Below are positions 57,812 to 64,000 of a stretch of 64,000 bases of DNA, piece by piece (position 1 is the stretch's first letter; the number at the start of each line of letters is the position of its first letter). A program made the position numbers and the translations under genes. Location: positions 42,780,001-42,844,000 of the forward strand of contig NC_045699.1 of NCBI RefSeq assembly GCF_009834535.1, written 5' to 3'. Below the pieces are notes generated by a model, which saw only the letters and a list, made by a program, of their open reading frames with translations, ran no database searches and was not told where the DNA came from. Origin of the DNA: Camelus ferus. Taxonomy: Eukaryota.

Positions 57812-58313
57812 TATGGTAGGCAGAATTCTAAGATGGCCCCCCAGTGATCCTGCTGCAGGGTGGTATTCATGTCCTCGTGTAATCCCCTTCCCTTAAGCAT
57901 GACTTGCTTCTGTTGAATAGAATACAGCAAAAAATGAGGTGTCACTTCTATTATTAGGTTACAAAAGATTGTGTCTTCTGTTTTGCTAGTAGACTCTATT
58001 GCCTTCTCAGGTTGTATGCTTTGATGAAGCAAGCTGCCATACTGGAGAGGTCCATATAGCCAATAAGAAACTGAGGCTGTCAGTTTGAGTCCCGGAGAAA
58101 CTGAGTCCTGACGACAGTCATATGAGTGAGCTGGGAAGTGGATCCTTCTGCAGTCAAGATGGCACTTGAATTGCAGACTGTGGAGAAACCTTTAATCAGA
58201 GGATCAAATTAAGCCATACCCAGATTCTTGACCCACAGAAACTGTGAGATGATAAGTGTTGTTTTAGGCCCCTAAATTTTGGGGTAATTTGTCACATGAC
58301 AATAGATAATATA
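57812..58313 (+). mobile_element. MLT1 (MaLR) LTR inserted in a MIR, 5-bp TSD CCAGG
   Basis: tatggtaggcagaattctaagatggcccc start, acccacagaaactgtgagat near the end; ccagg on both flanks. Confidence 0.75.
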
Positions 58314-58939
58314 CCAGGTGAATCTGATTGGCTCCAAAGTTCATGCTCTTCACAATTTTATTAGGTTGTTTCCCACTCCTCTATGCTATTTTCAAGGGCG
58401 GTGTGACTTTCCATCCTTTGTTGGCTGGCCACTGCATCCCCTAGGAGAATCCCTGGTTCGAGAAGAAGTTTGTTTTTTGTTGTCTCTATTCTCAGTCAGT
58501 TCCAGAAACCAGAAGTTCAACACATTTTTAGTCCCTGGCTCTTGCAGTTTAGAACAGCTGGGCTAAATAGCTAAGTATTTCAACTTCCAGCAGCCCAGAG
58601 ATTGCCTATTGTCTTTAGGGTCAGGCTTCTTTGTTGATTAGGCTGGCTGAGTTGCCCTGCTCAAAATCTTCCTTAGGGTATTCCTCCAAATTTGGATAAA
58701 CACTGGATAGATCAAGTCTTCTTTCCTTCTCCAGGTTCGTAGTTACAGCATTTTGAGCGTCACTCTCTCATAGCACCTATTCCAGCGAGAGGAATCATAT
58801 GGTAACTAGGTTTGCTTTTAGAGGGCAAAGACCCTGTTTATTTAATAGACCGTCCCCAAGTCTGGCAGGCAGAATCCTACTGAGCCAAGTGCTTGCAAAC
58901 GGGGAAATTTGAGCTGGGCTAATGAGGACTGAGGAAGCA

Positions 58940-59075
58940 TCTAGTCTAATGGTGCTCAACCCTGGCATCACATTAGAATCATCTGGGGAGCTTTCAAAAG
59001 ATACGATGCCTGAGCTCTATCCCAAACCAATTAAATCCTAATTTTGGGTTGGAGGAGGCATCGGATCTGTGCATC
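58940..59075. mobile_element. MER5-type hAT MITE
   Basis: gtgctcaaccctggc...cattagaatcatctggggagcttt signature; a similar copy lies at ~22205-22340. Confidence 0.6.
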
Positions 59076-59479
59076 ATACTAGGATCTGTTCATCATACTA
59101 TGCACCTTCCTGTTTTCCGCTCTGGTCTTTTTCACTTCCTTGCATGTATATACATCATCTTGCCAGAAGTGTTCAGTTTAAAACGACTATCTAATCCCTC
59201 CATCCTTCATTCAGTAAATATTTACGGACTGATTACTATATACTAGGCAGTATTACAGACATTGGAAATACAATGGAGCGCATGAAAAAAGGTCTGGAAA
59301 AGAACTGAGGTCTCCAGACATTTTACTTTACGCTTTTTTTTTCTTTTCGTAGCTGCTAATTAAAACTTACTTGCTGTTTGGTACTATCTTGTTAAATTAT
59401 TACAGGTAGGTACTCCGTCAGCTGTAAGGGACAGACTCTTTAAGGAAGTCCAATGGAAATTCTTCAATGAAAATAATCT

Positions 59480-60200
59480 GTTCTTGGGTGAAAGCCACGC
59501 CCATGTAGGAGGAGCAGAAGGCTTCAATTCCCGCCTCGCACAGGTGAGGGGGGGAAACCCGCCCCTCCCTGCCTTAAGCCGTATTAGTGGGCGGAGCTGC
59601 CTTCATTCTTTCACTAAGGAAAGAGGAAGGGGACTCCACCTCCTATGTGCTCGTAGTGGGGCGGGGTCGGCGGACTAGGCGTGAGTTGATTGGCTGGGAG
59701 GCGGGGCACCCCGGGTTGGCTCCCTCCCGGCGCTCTCTCGGATCCCGAGTGGAGTGAGGGGAGGGAGTCCCGCTCGCTCCTGCCTCCCAGTGATGGCGCC
59801 GCGGTGCCGCGCCCAGTCTCCCGCCTGCCGCCCGGTACTCACCGCTATCCGGGGCCGGCTCAGACGGTGAAAATTGGAGCGGGTCCGAGACAGCGGCGGG
59901 ACGCTGCCTGCGACGGGTACCATGAGGAGCGGCCAGACCCGCGAGGCCGATAGCGGGAGCAGCGGGAGCACCTGCTGAGAGGAAAGAAGGAGCGGCCGGG
60001 TGCGGCGACGCGGCGGAGGTTCGGCGGAGGCTCGCCGGCGCCTCGGCCATGTCGCTGCTTTGCGTGCGCGGTGAGTGCGCGGATTGAGGTTGGAGGGCGC
60101 GGAGGGGTCTCTACGAGCCTCCAGTGGGCGTTGGATTAACACCTTTTCCAAACTTCACTTCCAGTCCGTGCGTCACGGAACAATTACGTTAACTCATTTA
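59480..60200 (+). promoter_or_regulatory. UNC13B CpG-island promoter and 5'UTR
   Basis: GC boxes (ggggcgggg, gaggcgggg), ATTGG boxes and high CpG density around the first exon. Confidence 0.8.
60049..60070 (+). CDS. UNC13B: Protein unc-13 homolog B (Munc13-2), first coding exon MSLLCVR(V); gene continues beyond the window
   Basis: gccATGTCGCTGCTTTGCGTGCGCG|gtgagt inside a CpG island gives the known Munc13 N-terminus with a phase-1 donor; synteny after FAM214B agrees. Confidence 0.93.
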
Positions 60201-62249
60201 TAAACATTAAAAGAGTTCTTTCCCGCTCTCTTTTTCCTCATGCTCCTTTGAGGGGCTGTTACCTCTCCGTTCTGGTGGCCGTGTGACAGTGTTGGCTGGC
60301 AGGCCCAGATCCTCTTAAACAGGGACTGTCGCTCTTCTCTAGCGAAAGTGGACGAGCCAGGGACCGCGGAGAGTTGGTGTCTGGTAACAGCAGGCAGTCC
60401 TCTGTTCTTTTCTTCCTTCTCCCTGCACCGTACAGCCACAGTTGGCTTAGTGGTAGCAGGTTCTTTTTATCACGCTTTGAACGTGTAGTGAGTGGTACAG
60501 CTGTCACATACCTCCTTACAGTGTATTTTTTAGCTTGCACCCCTCTATTGCTTGTCTTTGTCACCTGCGCCTTCCGTGTAGTCTAGGCTAAGATTATTCT
60601 CTTATTCGACTTGGAAGGGTGTGTCGGTTTCGCTCCTTTTGGAGCAGAGCATATGAAGTATGATTTACTTCTTTACTCAGCTTCTATCACAGTAACTAAA
60701 GGTGAAGGCCTTTGCTGCTTTTCCACTGAGGACGCTTGACCCACCGAAGGTACTTCAAGGCAAGCTTTGGGATTTGAGATGAGGTGCATGGACTTCAGTA
60801 AGCTCCTTGAGGATAGAGACTTGTTTCTGAATGGTTTTTGTATTCCAGGTGCCTGACATGGTAGAAGCTCATTGCTGGTTTTGAATGAATGCAAGGACTG
60901 TGATTTTAGAGATTATCTGATCAGAAGAAGCAGGGTTTGGATTACCCATTGAATTTCATCCTGGGAAATTCAAGTTACAGCCTGTCATGGTTGAACAAGA
61001 TGGGATAAGGTGGCTTGATTGTGAGTGAGAGAGAATTTATCCCCAAGAACCTTTTCCTAGTACCCTTCACTGGATAGAGTTCATGTTTCTTTTGGCTCTG
61101 TGGATTAGAAGCATTGTTGTTTGTGGTTTCACTGTTAAGTGTTTCCCCCAGCTTTTGGCAAACAGACCTGCTTTCCTGTGTTCTCTTTTACTGTTTTGTT
61201 AAATCTGCATTAACTCAGAATGGATTTGGCTATTTCCAGGGATTATGAAACACATAGAAGTTTTCTTCTTTCATGGTTGATTTTTCATTAATGAGAATTT
61301 TGCTTTGCTTTTTCTCTCAGCAGCTGGGAATCTGTTTATTCCTTTAGATCCCTGCTGTTGAGTAGCAGGATTTGGGAGAGGTTGGGTTTTGCAATGTCTC
61401 TTGGTCAATTTAAATCTCTATTGCTATACCGTATTACAGAGCTAGCCCTTATGAAAGATTTTTCAGGCAGGAGCTCTATTAAACCAGAAATTCCTATTTA
61501 ATTGAACTTAAACTTCAGAGAAGGAGCTGCGACTGTTTTCATTTGTTCTAAATGAAAGGCAGCTTCCATTTTCTAGAAATTCTGCTATTTAGCTAAGTTC
61601 TTTCTCTTTTAATGTTACATTAGTCAAATTTCTCCTTTTAAACCTGGAGGATTAGAGACCAGCAGGTCATTGTCTTTTGAAGATTATTAATTACTGAAAC
61701 AAATGGCTGCCTTGTATAGAAGTATTCGCCTTAAATGGCAAAGTATTCATCCTGGGGAAACTTACAGAAATGGATCAAAATAAGTCTTTCTAAAATGACA
61801 TTCTTTGCATTATATTTTGGCAGATAAGGAGCGTTGTTCATATTCTACAAGAAGCCTGTGTAGTGACATTATAGAACAACTAAATTTCAGTTCATCTTGG
61901 AGTAGAACTGAGTTTGAAACTTTCCCCATGTAGTTAAAATTCAGTTAACTTGATGCAGAAATTGGTAAACTGGTTTGATTTAATTATTCTCAGATATCTC
62001 AGTCAAGAAGTCAATTTCTTGATTTAACCCTTTAATCATGCCATATTGCCTGCAGGTTAAGGGCTGTCAATAATCTGACTCCAGCTCTCCTTTTTGGCCC
62101 TATATCCTTGCCTATCCTTAAAGAGATACTTTGCTCTAGCACTAATTTTGTTCATTCCCGCCTTTGCACTGTTATACTTTTGTACCTCTGAAATAGTCTT
62201 TCAGATAGTCTTTCTGTGTTTTTCTGCTTATCAAAAAAATATTTCTTTC

Positions 62250-62415
62250 AAAAAGGGTAGCACAGGGAACTGTATTCAATAGCTTGTAATAACCTATAAT
62301 GAAAAAGAATATGAAAAAGAATATATATATGTGTATAAATAAATCACTCTGTTGTATACCAGAAACTAACACAACATTGTAAATCAACTATAACTATACT
62401 TCAATTAAAAAAAAG
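62250..62415 (+). mobile_element. L1 3'-tail fragment with poly(A), intronic
   Basis: tagcacagggaactgtattcaat...aacacaacattgtaaatcaact...tcaattaaaaaaaa. Confidence 0.75.
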
Positions 62416-63480
62416 TATTCTTTTCCAGCTTAGTCTACTTTTGTTGTTGAAAACTTCCTCAGTTCCTCAATCTGCAGTGATTTTTCTCCTTTACATTCTT
62501 TAATCTTTTAAACTCCTTTAAACATAAATTACTTATGGTCTGAACAGTGCCACTAATTTGGCAATGAATTGTGTGCTCCCTAGCCACTAGTCTTGTGCTG
62601 TTAGGCTCATGGTGACCCAGACAAAAGAGATAATAGTAATGGTCAGATAGATCTGGAATTTTGTGTCCAGTGAGGGTATTGGATTCTAAGGGACACACTG
62701 AGAAACTAGAATTTCTTCAGAGGAGAATAATTAGAATAGTGAAGAAGGTAGAAACTATTTGGGGAATTCAGAGGTTTAGTTTTTGAGAAGATTTAAGGAG
62801 AGGATCATAATAGTAAATAAAAATTGTGTACAAAACTGTGATTCCAGGGGATATAACTAGGATGAGTCAACCAGCGATTGAAAATTACAGGAAATTAGAT
62901 TTTAGCTTAATATAAGGAAGAACTTTAACAGAGTTGTTCTTAACAAATGGAATGGACTACTTAGGCTTTTTGTTTTGTTTTGTTTTGTTTTTTGTTTTTT
63001 GGTTTTTTTTGACATAGAATACTTTAAGCAGAGATTGAATGAGTGGTAAAAGGAATTTTGACATTGAGTGGAAGGTTAGACTTGAATCTTAAAAAACTAC
63101 TCTTTTATAGAATTCAGTTAGTCTGTCCTCAAATATTGGCACAGCTTTCCTCATAATACTGGTATCTTTTTGCTTTCATAGGAGCCAGTACCACTTAAGC
63201 AACTTCAGTAAACTACATCATTGATTTCCTTTAAATTTTGATGTCTTGGTATTCATGACTACTTTCTCCAAGCAAAGAAGTGTTTTGAGAATTCATTCTT
63301 TTCATATTTCTTTGTAATTGCCACATAATTGAGCTGTGGATTTCTCTCCCTAATTTGAACCAGAACTGACCACACTTGACTTGTTAAAAAATCAAAAACA
63401 AAAAATAGTTCTAGGGGTATAAAAAGCACTATATGCTAGTATATTGTTAATCATAGAGAATTGAGAAAATGCAGAAAAGA

Positions 63481-63572
63481 AGGGAGTGGGTATAGCTCAG
63501 TGGTAGAGCACGTGCTTAGCATGCATGAGGTCCTGGGTTCAATCCCCAGTACCTCTATTAAAAAAAAAAGGA
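63481..63572 (+). mobile_element. tRNA-derived SINE (camelid-type, short form) in UNC13B intron 1
   Basis: gggtatagctcagtggtagagcacgtgcttagcatgcatgaggtcctgggttcaatccccagtacctc followed by poly(A). Confidence 0.88.
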
Positions 63573-64000
63573 AAAAAAGTTCAGAAAAGTATAAAAAAGA
63601 AAATAAAAATCATCATGGTCCTATCACTGCTTCAACACCATTGTTAAGTGTTTTGTTCACTGCTTTTATTGTTTTGTTTTTATTATAGAGGTAATGTATA
63701 TGCATGATAAGAAATTCAAACAGTTTAGGATATGAAGTAAAAGGAAAAAATTCTCCTGTCTCCATTCCCTGTTCTTACTCTCTAGAGGTTTACTGTTTCT
63801 TGCCCATCATAGACATTTCATTACATGAGTATATAGATTCTGTATATGGATGTATACAATATTAATCAACTTTTAAAAACTTAATAATGCAGTTTCCTGT
63901 CAGCTTATGTGAATTTAAATTATTCCTTTTAATGGCTGCAAAATGCTATTCCATTATTCATGCATACATAATTTAACCAGTTTCATTTTGATAAACATTC

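Noticed and set aside
62048-62075. cag|GTTAAGGGCTG resembling UNC13B exon 2
   Set aside because: It does not translate to the expected VKRAKFQGSP; exon 2 appears to lie beyond the window.

Overview
Mammalian gene-dense locus syntenic with human 9p13.3. A tRNA-derived SINE family points to a camelid (inference). The minus strand carries VCP (exons 1-6; the rest lies left of the window), FANCG, PIGO, STOML2 and ATOSB/FAM214B. An ~18 kb repeat-rich stretch (L1, MaLR/ERVL and ERV1 LTRs, a Charlie hAT transposase fossil, SINEs) follows, then exon 1 of UNC13B on the plus strand. I traced the exons by hand through GT-AG boundaries and compared them with the human orthologues from memory. Four coding anomalies stand out: two separate +1 insertions in FANCG (exons 6 and 7, both CGG->CAGG-like, giving an early stop); His instead of Arg at VCP residue 95; a stop-loss in PIGO adding 44 aa that end in -SKL; and a strong-context uORF ahead of UNC13B. 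Regulatory candidates are an RFX X-box cluster upstream of STOML2, a UPRE/CCAAT cassette at VCP, a ZNF143 motif at FANCG and two CTCF motifs. There are five assembly gaps, two inside ATOSB coding sequence. No prokaryotic-type system (CRISPR etc.) is present.
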